A stretch of DNA of 55,689 bases, counting the filler, from Jimgerdemannia flammicorona (taxonomy: Eukaryota): the NCBI GenBank assembly GCA_003990765.1. It is 3 parts of 3 records of this genome, joined end to end, with 100 filler letters (N's around TTAATTAATTAA, not from the genome) between each part and the next. Parts side by side here need not be neighbours in the genome. Positions count along the whole stretch, not along the records: positions 37,199 to 55,689 come from RBNJ01002199.1; 2 more parts are not named here. One strand, given 5' to 3'. This document shows, in pieces, positions 37,199 through 48,953 of this stretch; positions within the stretch are counted from its first letter, which is position 1, and the number at the start of each line of letters is the position of its first letter. The position numbers were made by a program, and so were the translations under genes. The notes under the pieces were generated by a model, which was given only the letters and a program-made list of their open reading frames with translations, was not told where the DNA came from and did not search any database.

Positions 37199-37777
37199 TT
37201 GGAGGAGGGGGGGGGGAGGGGGGAATGCTTGCCTGTGATTTTAATTGATGGGACCCGATGGCTGACTTGTATGCGTGACTATACGTAGGCCATCGAGCTT
37301 CTACTCACATATCCGGTCATGAACAGGTTCGGGTTCAGCAGTAGGGTGTACCTAATGATCAAGGGCAAGGGCAACAATTGGGCCAGCACGAAATTTCAAA
37401 TGGTATGTTTTCCTCGATATCCTAGTAATGAATCGCCTTGGTTTATATCCCTCTCCATCTTCCATGCCATGCATTAACCAATTCACACAAACATTAACAG
37501 CACCTCTCTCCCCTCCCCCTTCCCTCCTCCTACCAGCTCCCCCCGGTACGTGCTTCAACAATCCCTAATCCCTACCTCGGCTCCCTTCAACGCCGTGAAG
37601 TATTCCGCGGACCTCGCTTGCTCGACTTTCTTCCTTGCTGTCAACCTTACCGCGTTTTACAATTGCGCCACGAAGGGTGGTCCTTTGCTCGAATATCGAC
37701 GGTCCGCGTTTCTCTCCTATATTCTACATATTATCTGTATGCTGGGGCCGCGAATGTGATTGCGTTGGCAGTCTATA

Positions 37778-37850
37778 GTGGGGTTACTGAATACCTTGTG
37801 GTGTGGGTCGTGGGGTTACTGAATACCTTGTGGTTTGGGTCGTGGGGTTA
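37778..37850 (+). repeat. 32-bp tandem repeat, 2.3 units
   Basis: GTGGGGTTACTGAATACCTTGTGGT(G/T)TGGGTC at 37778 and 37810, partial at 37842. Confidence 0.85.
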
Positions 37851-39485
37851 ATCGTAATGATGTCGGATCATACTCGACCGTAAACGTTGCCTACCCTGAC
37901 TATCGTCACAGCCTACAAAATTGCCCTAAATAATTATAATAGTCATATTGTCACCTCACCCTGCTTCCTAAATTATGACTAGTGTGATGAGAATGTATTC
38001 ATTTGTGACAGTAATTCTTTGAGCGCATTGGCTTCCGCATCACCATGACACTCAACCCCTTATCTGTCAAGAAACCATCCGATTTTCCCATTTCTGACTA
38101 GTCCTTCTCACCGGCTCCATTCATTTACATTTTATATCATTTATTTCGGTCGGATTATTTTCCTTCTAACGATTAAACCAATCGTATAGAACCCCTAACC
38201 CATGTGCCATTGTCCATCCTATCGAACGTCGCCGAAACGCAGGAATCTTGGCTGCCTGGTAGTTTCCATTCCCATCCTGGTAAATGACTTCATAACGTAT
38301 ATAACGTACCGCGCGACGCAGCTCGCGTTTCACGTACAGAAAATAACACGTACACACACACACAAATGGAAATCGGACGTCACTATAAAGGCGCGTTGCC
38401 ATAACGTGATGTTACCATCTGTAGCGAAGTCTAGTGTTTAAAAAAAAAAAAAAAAAAAAAAAAAGATGTCTTTGCTATTCAAGTTCAAGCATCGCAAGGC
38501 AACCCGTCAAGGCTGAATTCAAATAGTTGAAATCCAGCATCTTTATAATCTTCCAAACGACCCTATTTATACAGCCTGTTTATTACTAATGTTTAGGGCC
38601 CACGTAAGGGCGCCGCGTACGCCTATTGGACGGCCTCGAGTAGAGTTGCGAGGGATTTCCAACGACCCTCGCGCCATGGAGAAAAGCAGACGCCGCTACC
38701 AAATAACGTAACACAACCAATGTTCCAGCATGTCCCTTGACTACAGTGTTATTGCTCTTCCATATCAATCCCAGGCGGCTTGAGCCAGTGGCCCGCGGGC
38801 CCGGACAGCATCTGCTTTGGAAGAGGGCCACGCTGTCAATAGCGCACACGGACCTCCCGCGCGCCAACGGAAATGACCGAGACCTTGGAACAGCAGGCTC
38901 GGTGTGGCATTAATTCAAACCGCCCTAACGAATAAATCGTTATTAAGGATTACGTGAAATTGGTGCGTGCCGTACACGAAAAATAAAAAATATTTATTGG
39001 TAAAGCCACAACAGGGGGTGAGAGAAATAAATAAATAAATAAATAAAATGGACTAGTCGCATAAACAATATCCAATAGTCTGAACAATTGTTAACAATAA
39101 TTTCCATTCTTTGTTTGAAAGAATACTTGAAATTTGATTTAATTACCATTTCACGGCCGACGAAGATTCTCGGCTTTGGAATATTCAATATTGCGCCGAG
39201 TGACGCGCAGGTTATTTTGCCATATAAATATCTAATGGGTGGACAACAAGACGCATCATTTGAAACAAAATTTAATTTTATTTGAGCATTGTAAATAATT
39301 GCACGGCCTTTGAGTTTTTCAGCTTTGGAATATTCAAAATATATAGCTATTTAATACAAATTGCACCGAAGCAAGGCATGCAGGTCTTTTTGACCAATTG
39401 AAATAATAACAGTAAAGCTCGGCAAACAGAGCCACCGACTGGACACGAGAGAAAGTTATACAGTCCCGAGTTTAGACCCGGACTA

Positions 39486-41215
39486 TCAAACTAAAACATA
39501 AAAAGTAAATTCGTCGAAATCCACGAGCGCTTGAGAGGCGAGGTCTGAGCTCGGGACTGGATCACTTTCTCTCGGGTCCGGTTGGTTCAGCTCTGTTTGC
39601 AGAGCTTTAAAGTCGAATGATGTTGATTGATTGGCTGATTCCGGTGTTGTCAAGAATACCGCCTGCACCGAATCGTCATTGATATAGTTGTCGCAAAAAG
39701 GAGTCGTTTCGGACGTTGGAAAGTATTCAAATTGTTGGACGGTGCAAAGATCGATGGCGTTGTTGGAGGGGAATAAATTTGAAACATCGAACTCGGGAGA
39801 TACCTACGGGGAGAAGGGAATGATGAGATTCAGTATTAGTTGCTGACAACCATCACATATTACTACGCTTTGAGTCGGAGGCCTACATACCATATCGCGA
39901 TTGTATTCTTCGCAACTCTCGTTTGACGAGGATAATCCTTTGGCGTTGGTGTTGCAAAAAGGAGTCGTTTTGGATGTTGGAAGGTGTTCCGCGGAGATAT
40001 CAAGTTGTTGGACGGTGCAAATATCGGTGACGTCGTTGGAGGCAAATAAATTTGAATCATCGAACTTGGGAGATACCTACGGGGAGAAGGAAACGATGAG
40101 ATTAGTATTAGTTGCTGACAACCATCACATATTACTACGCTTAGAGTCGGAGGCCTACATACCATATCGTGATCGTATTCTTCGTAATTCTCATTTGGCG
40201 AGGATAATCCTTCGGTGTTGGTGTTGCAAAAAGGAGTCGTTTCGGATGTTGGAAGATATTCCGCGGAGATATCAATTTGTTGGACGATGCAAAGATCGGT
40301 GGCATCGTAGGAGGCGAATAAATCTAAATCATCGAACTCGAAAGATACCTACGGGGAGAAGGAAACGATGAGATTCAGTATTAGTTGCTGACAACCATGA
40401 CATATTATTACGCTTTGAGTCGGAGGCCTACATACCATATCGTGATCGTATTCTTCGCAACTCTCATTTGGCGAGGATATAGAGCTCGGCGGTGATAATG
40501 GTGGCGAAGGGAGTCTTTGGTAAGTTTCGATGACCCGCGGGGAATCGCTGTGCATTTGAGCGTTGGGAGGCCCGCCCGTCTTGATCTTGTTCGAAGGGAT
40601 GCACGGGGAACCCGGGGAACCCTGGCACTTCCTCTTCCGCTCCCGGCACGATGAGCACGCACGTCCAGGCGAGTTCCTCTCGCCGATGAACTTGGTGGCA
40701 TGAACGCTACACTTGTGTTTCTTACGGCATTTGTCACATTTGAGTTTTGGAACGTTTGCTGATGGATGTAATTGTTGGCTGCCGATGGGGATGGGTGCCG
40801 GACGGATAGACTTGTAGGTTTGTTGATAGGCCTGATTTTGGCCCGCGGGGACAAGATCACGCTGCGACGCCTCGTCGAACGGTGCTTCGCGTTTCATGCC
40901 TTTGTTGAATATCTCGTACTTGGAAATGGTCTCGCTGTATTTGGCTGGCGACAGGTTGGAGGCGATCTTGTTCAGCCCGGGGAACATGGCGTGCACGTCG
41001 CCTTTGAGGTTCGTAATGTCGCCGCTGCCATTCAGATATGTAGGAAGGTTGACGGGTAGGTCCGACGAGCTATATATGGCGGTTTGGGCCTTGTCGGAAG
41101 GCTCATGGCGGCGGGAAAGCTTGACGCGTTTTACAGAGCGTTCGGTGGGGTTGAGGAATGGCAGGGTTGGGATGGGGAATTGTTGAAGGGTGAGGGTTGG
41201 GTTGGGGTAGGTCAT
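39486..41215 (-). CDS. Zn-cluster-like putative transcription factor, paralogue 1; exons 41215-40436, 40348-40163, 40076-39891, 39803-39486; 489 aa
   Basis: Three phase-0 GTATGT..ACTAAT..TAG introns of 87, 86 and 87 nt; spliced frame is open to the stop at 39486; motif CDKCRKKHKC-x17-CSSCRERKRKC at 40625-40738; acidic tail. Confidence 0.8.
39700..40480 (-). repeat. ~272-bp tandem repeat made of one intron plus one 186-nt exon, about three units
   Basis: Intron donors at 40435, 40162 and 39890; acceptors at 40349, 40077 and 39804. Confidence 0.9.
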
Positions 41216-41531
41216 TCGGGAGGTGTGGTGTGGGAGTAGGGTAGTGTGGTGTGGGAGGAGGTGTGGTGTGGGAGAAGGGGCTGTGGGAGGAGGTGTGGTG
41301 CGGGAGAAGGTGCCGTGGGAGTAGAAGTAAGGAGTGGGTGTGGTAAGTAATGGGGTGGCACGGATGGATGACCTAACTTCTCAAGTTGGCTAGCAGACTC
41401 CCAGCCGCCAACGCTTGATTGGCTAGATGCCGCAACAATCCCGTTGGCCACCTGCGCCATCTAGTCATCTATAATTGACTACTCCGAGATCGAACTCTAA
41501 ATACCCCCACCATTTGGCGTCATCTTGTTGA

Positions 41532-41570
41532 ACCATATGCCACCATATGCCACCATATGCCACCATATGG
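41532..41570 (+). repeat. 10-bp tandem repeat (ACCATATGCC) x4
   Basis: Read directly from sequence. Confidence 0.9.
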
Positions 41571-42892
41571 CCTATACAGAGTTCCTTTCGAGGGTACATT
41601 CCATTGGTACCGGTTCTTCTTCGATTGATTTGACGGCAAAGCGCTTCGGGAAGCACTTGGAGAAAGGTAGTAACGCCATTGTCGTTGGTGGCAGTCATCT
41701 CAGGGGCGTACCCCTTTCAGGGCAGCGTCTCTATCGGCAGTGAACAAAACAATGGAATTTCCTGATATCCTATTTTGATGGGTCTTGGCACGCATGAATT
41801 TCTTGGCCATTGAGCCAAGTCACGGGCTTCGTCACGGGCTTCTGGCACGTGCGACATCGATGAGACTTCAACTTATTTTTATATATATTAGGTTCATATC
41901 CCGAGTCTTTACTCTCAAATGAGTGCTTTACTACCAAATGAATGTGACGTGTTGGCACTAGAGAATAGAGAGGGATTGTAAAGAACAAAATGGCTGAGAA
42001 AAGACATTTATCTGAGAAATAGGCAAATGCACATAAAGTGACGTCACTAAAAGTGGCGTAAAGTGACATCCCTATAAAGTGACATCACCATAAAGTATCA
42101 TCACTTCTTTAGCAAAATATACGAAAATGATGGATTCGTCCCTCTTGTCAGAACTTTATCATCTAAACCCACCCTATTTATACAGTTCATTTATTACTAA
42201 TACGTAAGCACGCCGCCTTAGCCTACGGAAGGGCCTCGTGGGTACGCACAGAACCGTTCGGCTTGTGTAGCGTAGGCGCACGTGGCCTTCAGCAGTTTGC
42301 GTTCTCTACGCTATTTCGGCTGTGCACGAAATTCAAACAGCCTTAAGGTGGAATTGTTCGTGCCAGATCCGAAAAAAAAAAAAAAAAAAAAAAAAAAAGG
42401 TAAAGGCGATACAGCAACAGAATAGGAGAAAGTGAAATGACCGAAATGGAAAAGGACACGTCGCATAAGTAGTCTTATCAATACTTTTCTTTATTGGTCA
42501 TACAGCGCCAAACGAAATACTTGAAATTGGATTTATTTGAGCATAGTGAATTGTTTCAAGCCGATGAGATTTTCAGCTTTGGCATATTTAAAACATATAG
42601 TTATTCAATACAATATTGCGCCTAGAGGCGCGCATGCCTTTTTTTTTGCCGTGTAAATGTCTAATGGGTACGACAGTCGAAATAAAATTTTGAGGTTGCA
42701 AATAATTGAAATTTTCGGCATTGGAATATAGCTATTTAATACAACATTGCACTGAAGCAAGATGTGCAGGTCATTTTTTGACATGTAAATGTCTAAGGGC
42801 GCATCAATCGAAATAATAACATTGAAGGGGTGTAAAGCTCAGCAAACAGAAACGCCCGACTGGGCACGAAAGAAAGTTATCCAGTCCCGAGT

Positions 42893-43885
42893 TTAGATCG
42901 GGGCCGTCAAACTTTTAGCTAAATAAAAATCTACATAGCCTCGAATAAAGTCTCGTAAGGATTCCAGCATCTGACAATCCGGATCTGAACTCGGGACTGG
43001 ATAACTTTCTTTCGTGAACAGTCGTTGCGTTTCTGGTTGCGGAGCTTCAAGGTAAATTGATGTCGGTTGTTGGGTTGTTGGCGATGTTGGGAATAATTCT
43101 TCCCACGACAAATAGTAATTGATATAGTCGTCGTCGTTCGTGCTGGTGTTGTAAAGAGCGCCATCATGTTCTTGGAAAATGGGATAAATTTGAGAAGAGT
43201 TTGTTTCCGCGGAGACGAAAGATGGTTCTTGGGTTGCGCAAGGAACGATGGCGTCGAATTTTGACGGTGACGGTGATGGCGAAGGTGGCGTGGAAGCCGG
43301 TGTGTTCCCAATTGTTTCGTCGATGACCCCCGGAGAAACGCTGTGGATTTGAGCGTTGGGAGGCCCGCGCGGGGAAGGCGGAGAAGGCGGCGAATGCGGG
43401 GAAGGCGGAGAAGGCGGAGAAGGCGGCGAATGCGGGGAAGGCGAAGGCGGGGAAGGCGGCGAACGTGGGTAAGGCGAGGAACGCGGAGAACGCGGAGAAC
43501 GCGGAGAACGCGGAGAACGCGGGGAACGCGGGGAACGCGGAGAACGCGGGGAAGGCGGGGAACGCGGGGAACGCGAGGGACACTCGCATCTCTTCTTCCG
43601 CGCCTTGCACGATGAGCACGCATCTCCAGGCGACCTCCTCTCGCCCATGAACTTGGTGGAATGAACGCTGCACTTATGCCTCTTACGGCAATCGTCACAT
43701 TCGCTTTTTGGAACATACGGAGGTGATTGCTGTGGCGTGCCGCCGTGAATGGGTCCCGGAAGGATATGTTGATAGGGCTGTTTTTGGCCCGCGGGGGGGG
43801 CACGCGGAAGGTTGTCCGACTCGTAGCCGCCGGGGCATTGGAGGGTGGACAGCTGGGGGGCAGATTCGAGGAACTGGTTGATCAT
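42893..43885 (-). CDS. Zn-cluster-like putative transcription factor, paralogue 2, intronless, 330 aa, with SP(R/P/H) repeat
   Basis: Single ORF; CDDCRKRHKC-x17-CSSCKARKKRC at 43586-43699; shares PAGQKQ, GPPNAQ.HS.SP.VI and C-terminal ES.PVPSSD with paralogue 1. Confidence 0.82.
   Translation of the reverse strand: MINQFLESAPQLSTLQCPGGYESDNLPRAPPAGQKQPYQHILPGPIHGGTPQQSPPYVPKSECDDCRKRHKCSVHSTKFMGERRSPGDACSSCKARKKRCECPSRSPRSPPSPRSPRSPRSPRSPRSPRSPRSPRSSPYPRSPPSPPSPSPHSPPSPPSPPSPHSPPSPPSPRGPPNAQIHSVSPGVIDETIGNTPASTPPSPSPSPSKFDAIVPCATQEPSFVSAETNSSQIYPIFQEHDGALYNTSTNDDDYINYYLSWEELFPTSPTTQQPTSIYLEAPQPETQRLFTKESYPVPSSDPDCQMLESLRDFIRGYVDFYLAKSLTAPI
43368..43580 (-). repeat. 9-bp coding tandem repeat (Ser-Pro-Arg/Pro)
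   Basis: GGAGAACGC / GGAGAAGGC units on the plus strand. Confidence 0.9.
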
Positions 43886-44053
43886 TGTGGAGATCGAAGA
43901 TGTTGGCAGTGGAATATGTTGTGTTGGTACGGCAAGTGGGTAATGGGCAACGGGGTAACAGAGCGGTGGGTGTGGTATTTAATTATTGAATTGAAAAGAT
44001 GAGCACGTAACGTTTCAATTTGGCTTAGCACCCTTAGCAGCCGCAAACCTTTA

Positions 44054-44112
44054 ATTGGCTCTAGATGCCGCAGCATTCTCATTGGCTCTAGAAGCCGGAA
44101 CAGTCCCATTGG
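44054..44112 (-). promoter_or_regulatory. Three CCAAT boxes at 27-bp spacing upstream of paralogue 2
   Basis: ATTGG at 44054, 44081 and 44108; TATA-like TTAAATA near 43980. Confidence 0.55.
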
Positions 44113-45375
44113 ACTGCGAGCTGCGGCTTCGACACGAAAAGTTGAACGCACATGCTTGCATTTCGAGTTGGGGCCCCGCTTCTTGCATCAAACCCTAAAT
44201 ACCCCAGATGATTTTCCCAAGCCGTAATGATCTTTGTCCTTCCGAGGGTATATTCCGTTGGTACCGGTTCTTGTTCGATTTGACAGCGGAGAAAGGCATA
44301 ACGCCATTGTTTGGTGGTAGCGTTCTCAGGCAGCGTCCATATCGGCAGTGAACAAATCGATAGACTTTCCTCTGGGGTTAAATTTTACCTGACTTGACAT
44401 GTTCAAAAATGGCGTCACCATGTCACCAGAAAGTGGCGTCACAACGCCACCAACTGTGCAAACACAAATTTGTCGCTATAGCGGTCGAGAGTCTGAATAA
44501 AAAAAAACAAAAAAAAAAAAAAACGGATATATCGCTAGTAAATTCCCCAAGTGAAGCGTCGCAAAGCAACCTGCCGAGCCGCGTAAGCCTACGGAAGTAA
44601 GCAATAGAACCGTTCGGCTTGCGTAGAGTAGCAAGCGAATTCTAAAGACCCTCGCGCTGGAGAAAAGCAGACGCAACCACAAAAAACTTGTTCCAACATG
44701 TATACTCGACTGCCAGGTTATCGCTCTTCCATATCAATCAAGCGCACAGACATCCCACCCGCACGTGAAAGAGACAAAGGAGTCCCTGTATTCCTCGTTG
44801 GCGCACGTGGCCTTCGGCCGTTTGCCAAACCCGCAATTATCCAAACCGCCAACGCATAAATCGTTAAGCATGACGTGAAACCGGTGCGTGCCCGATCCGA
44901 AAAGAAAAAAAAGGGTCTTTATTCGTAAAGGCAATACGGTGACGGAACAGGAAAAAAAAAAAAAAAAAAAAAGCCAAATGAGAGAAATGAAAAAGGACAT
45001 GTCGCCTAAAGTATATCCAAGAGTCGGAACAATACGTAGCAATAATTTCCAATTTTTTTATTGGCCATACAGAGTCGAACGGAATACATGAAATTTGATG
45101 TTATTGAGCATAGTGAATTATTTCACGGCATATTCAAAACATACAGCTATTTTGATACAATGTTGCGCCGAAGCAAGACGCGTCATATAAAATGTCTAGT
45201 GGGTACAATAGGGGGTATCGTTCCAAATACAAAAATTGAGCATAGTGAATTATTTCACAGGCGAGAAGGTTTTCGACATAGGCATATCAATTGAAATAAT
45301 AACATTGAAAGTGTGTAAATCTCGGCAAACAGAGCTGCCGACTGTGACACGAGGGAAAGTTATATAGCTCCAAGA

Positions 45376-46379
45376 TTACGCCCGGTCTGCCAAACTTTTA
45401 GAGCTTAAATATGAAAATAAGTAGTCGAGATCCTCGTTCGAGACTGGATCACTCTCTCTCGGGTCCGGCTGGGTCGGCTCTGTTTGCAGAGCAAGGTCAA
45501 ATGCTGATTGTGGTGTCGGAAAGAATGCTGCCTGCGCCGAATCTGCCGGGCTGTAAATGGCCGGAATCCTTTCGGATGTTGTGCAAAGATCGACGGCGTC
45601 GTCCGAGGCGAAGGAATTTTGGTTGGATTCGGAAGATACCTATGGGGAGAAGGAAACGATCAGAATCAGTTTTGGTTGCTGACAAACATTACATATCAAT
45701 ACGCTTTGAGTTGTAGGCTACATACCGAGAAAGCGGTTATTGGGCTCGGCGAAGATGGTTCGTCAGTCTTGATCTTTTTCGGACGGACGCACGAGGAACC
45801 TTTGCACCTCCTCTTCCGCTCTCGGCACCACAGGCACGCATGTCCAGGCGAGTTCCTCTTGCCGATGAACTTGGTGGCATGAATGGTGCACCTATGTTTC
45901 TTACGGCAATTTTCGCATTTGTTTCTTGGAACCTTTCCTGGTTTTTGTGTGCCGCCGGGGAGGGGCGCATGTGGTGCCGGACGGATATCCTTATAAGTTG
46001 GTTGATTGGACTGTTTTTGGCCCGCGGGGAAAAGGCCACACTGCCGCGCTTCGTCGAACGGTGCTTCGTCGAACGGTGCTTCATCGCAATTCGTGACTTG
46101 GACGCGATTCGTGACTTGGTTGAACACCTCGCGATTCGTGACTTGGTTGGACACCTCGCGATTCGTGACTTGGTTGAGCTCCTGGCAATTCGTGCCTTGG
46201 TTGAACGCCTGGCTCAGAGAATCGAATGTGGGAAAGGTCCCGCAGTAGTAATCGGGCGACGGGTTGGAAGCGATATTATCGAGCCCGAGGAGTGTGGCAA
46301 TGTCGTCTCCGAGGTTCGCAATGTCCCTGTTGCGTTCGTGGAATTGCTGGATGGGAAATTCGAGGCCTTGGTAGGTCAT
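45376..46379 (-). CDS. Zn-cluster-like putative transcription factor, paralogue 3; exons 46379-45726 and 45639-45376; 305 aa
   Basis: 86-nt phase-0 intron homologous to the paralogue 1 introns; exon 2 open and shares ALQTE..QPDPRESDPV; CENCRKKHRC-x17-CLWCRERKRRC at 45804-45917. Confidence 0.8.
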
Positions 46380-46541
46380 GCTTGAGGTCGAAAATTTTGT
46401 AACGAAGTCGGTATGGCAAGTTACGGGAGCAACAATAACTGAGTTGGTGTGTGTGCGCTATTTAACTATATAGATTGAAATGATGTGTGTTGACGTGACT
46501 TCTCAATTTGGCTTAGAAGCTCTAGCTACCGCAACCGCCTC

Positions 46542-46598
46542 ATTGGTCTCGCTGCCGTAACCCCCTCATTGGCTTAGCTGCCGCAACCGTCTCATTGG
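46542..46598 (-). promoter_or_regulatory. Three CCAAT boxes at 26-bp spacing upstream of paralogue 3
   Basis: ATTGG at 46542, 46568 and 46594 within GCCGCAACC..CTCATTGG repeats. Confidence 0.55.
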
Positions 46599-48953
46599 CT
46601 AGCTGTCTCGTCCTCATTGCCAAGCTGCGGTTCAACACTAAAAGTTGAAACCTATGTTCGTTCACCCCACCCCCTAACTCCTGTTCATATTCTTCTTTCA
46701 CTTACAATGCTTACCATCAACGCATTGGTTTATTACCTTATACGCAGTTTACGCTACGCTTGTGGCCAAGGGTCCAAGATGTACAATTTTCTTGGCTGGG
46801 AATGAGACTAAGCGATTTGACGCAATACCTTTATTTGCAGCCATATCGGGGGCATTACGAAATGTTGAATACCACCTGTCACCATGGTTGAATTTCTGGA
46901 TCAGTCGAGAATTATCGAAAATTGTCGTAGCAGACAAGCAAGCATTACCCAGTACCCAGTTTCGTTTATAAAAATCATATTACTTCGATTAGGTTCAATT
47001 CGTATTGCAGATTGAACGCTCCCGCGTCCGAGACAGTCTTCGTTCTTCCTTTGTAGTATCCAGCTACAGAGACAACCGTCCGTTGTTCGAAACGTCCCCT
47101 AAATCCCTCGATACGTATACACACGATCAATAGCCCGCACGTCTCGTCAAAAATTTTTGGGGTATCACGAGCCTCGAGCCGCAGCACGCGTCCAAAGTCA
47201 GACTTTTCCTGGTATCTATATATCTATATCGTACCTAATTATAATTCGCCATCGTACCACCGCCTGAGATATAATATAGCATTCGCATCCGAGAAGCTTA
47301 TACCGTCAGAGAAGCTTATCGGGTGCAAGCAAGAATCGAATTAAGACGCCTTCAACGTTTTGAATAATTTCATGCTCCGTCATTGATAGCGCGTTAAAAG
47401 GACCCGAAATTCTCCACCAGAAATTTGTCGCTAAATAAAGCGCCTGCAAAAAAATTCCGGGTGAGCCCGAAAAGCGACCTCATGATACGCGGATCCCAAT
47501 ATAGTTCAAGTGTTCAGATCTTATAGAATGCGCTTTATTATCAACGACGAATTTCCAAATTTCATAACTAATAACTAATGCTAGGCGTGCCACGTATGTT
47601 TCTACACTGCAGCCTACGCATAAGCCTACGCATAAGCCCTCCCCTGAGGTTTCGGCTTGCGTAGAGCACTTCCGCAGCATTATACTCTCAGAGGAGACCG
47701 GGCTAACTAGAATAGATGGTGGAACTTGGAATGAATATGAAAGGAGCTATTAACTAATTAGAGGCTGTGTTGTACAAGTCAGACACGCCGTCCTTTTGCA
47801 TGTGACTCTCCCTTCGAAAATTTGTTGTCTGTATATATGAATTCTGACAATGCTACGCCAATTCAATTATGTGAAGTTGAAGTCTTATGTGAAATTGAAG
47901 TAGCCCTTGGATATTTTGCTTCGTTCCTCAGACCGTACGTCGCCGAGAAATGAGGCAAAACGTCCATTAATGATTAATGGCGAAATCTCAGAACTTTACA
48001 GCAATGACTGTTAATGTGATGGTGCGACAGAACACGTCAACAACCACACCATACACCATTTTGTAACTTCACAATACATCCCCAGAGAAGAGAGGAAAGG
48101 TCCCACCGCGGCTTTCCACGAGGCATGTTTATACCATGAAGTAGACTGCCGGGGAGTTTTCGGTGTCTCCTGGTCAGCCCTCATCTCTCACGACCTGCCG
48201 CCCGCGCGCGCTTCATTCACCGGAAGCATACAAGGTTGAATGCCCCAGCTTGGGGTGGCATCCTCAAGTCTTTTAATACATTATCGTCCACTATGAACCC
48301 GCTTCTCCGTTGATACCTTTTCGCTGGTCACTGAGAGCCACCGGTCTTGGTTGCTTTTAAGCCAGCTGACGAACCCCTTGAGCAAGGGCGAACCCGAGCC
48401 TCATTGCTGTCTTCTTGATGTCGACGGCTTTACGACCTCTATCGAAACACATATAGAAGGAATGCAAGATCGCAGACTACTTCGACTTTATGTATACGGC
48501 GTGGTCCCACAGGATCAGCTTAAGGTGCGCACATAGTCTCGGTTTGCTTAGGGTGGTATGTTATTGTGAGGCGATTCGATACACCCGCGAAAAATACATA
48601 TTAAGATTCCTAACGAGATTCTACTATTGCTTGGTTCATCGACCCAGACACCCCAACTACATGTTACAGCCTCATTTCTATAAGCACGTCCCCGTCAACG
48701 AGGTGCACAGTTATCCGAAACCAGTGGAATACGGATCTCGACCTGCTGTCGCCGTATCAGTATCGTTAGGAATGTAAGTGTGTAATTTTTGCTAATTGGG
48801 CTTGAATTTTAGTAGCGGGTATAATGGAATTGGTAGAATCGCTGTTTTATATGTGCCATCATCATTATTCTCAATAATTGGTCGAAGCGCATACAATTCA
48901 CTTCCTCAATTTGTTTTATTTTTATTTTTATTTTTTGCACCTGATTAATACAG

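Larger units (their letters stand above)
38560..46650 (-). repeat. Diverged tandem triplication of a gene unit with its flanks
   Basis: Shared non-coding blocks: ACCCTATTTATACAG (~38560, ~42171), GGAGAAAAGCAGACGC (~38680, ~44660), GAAAGTTAT..AG..CC.AG (~39451, ~42872, ~45355), GGTACCGGTTCTT and ATCGGCAGTGAACAAA (~41606/41733, ~44260/44341). Confidence 0.8.

Noticed and set aside
37618..37700. VLQLRHEGWSFARIS as a Tc1-like helix-turn-helix
   Set aside because: Too short; no DDE domain or terminal inverted repeats seen.
41218..41345. Telomeric repeat tract
   Set aside because: Irregular, short, internal and purine-interrupted; no fixed telomere unit.
42931..43803. Arg-rich 290-aa overlapping ORF and other frames over the 9-bp repeat
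   Set aside because: Alternative frames of a stop-free GC-rich repeat; the conserved Cys motif is in the 42893-43885 frame.
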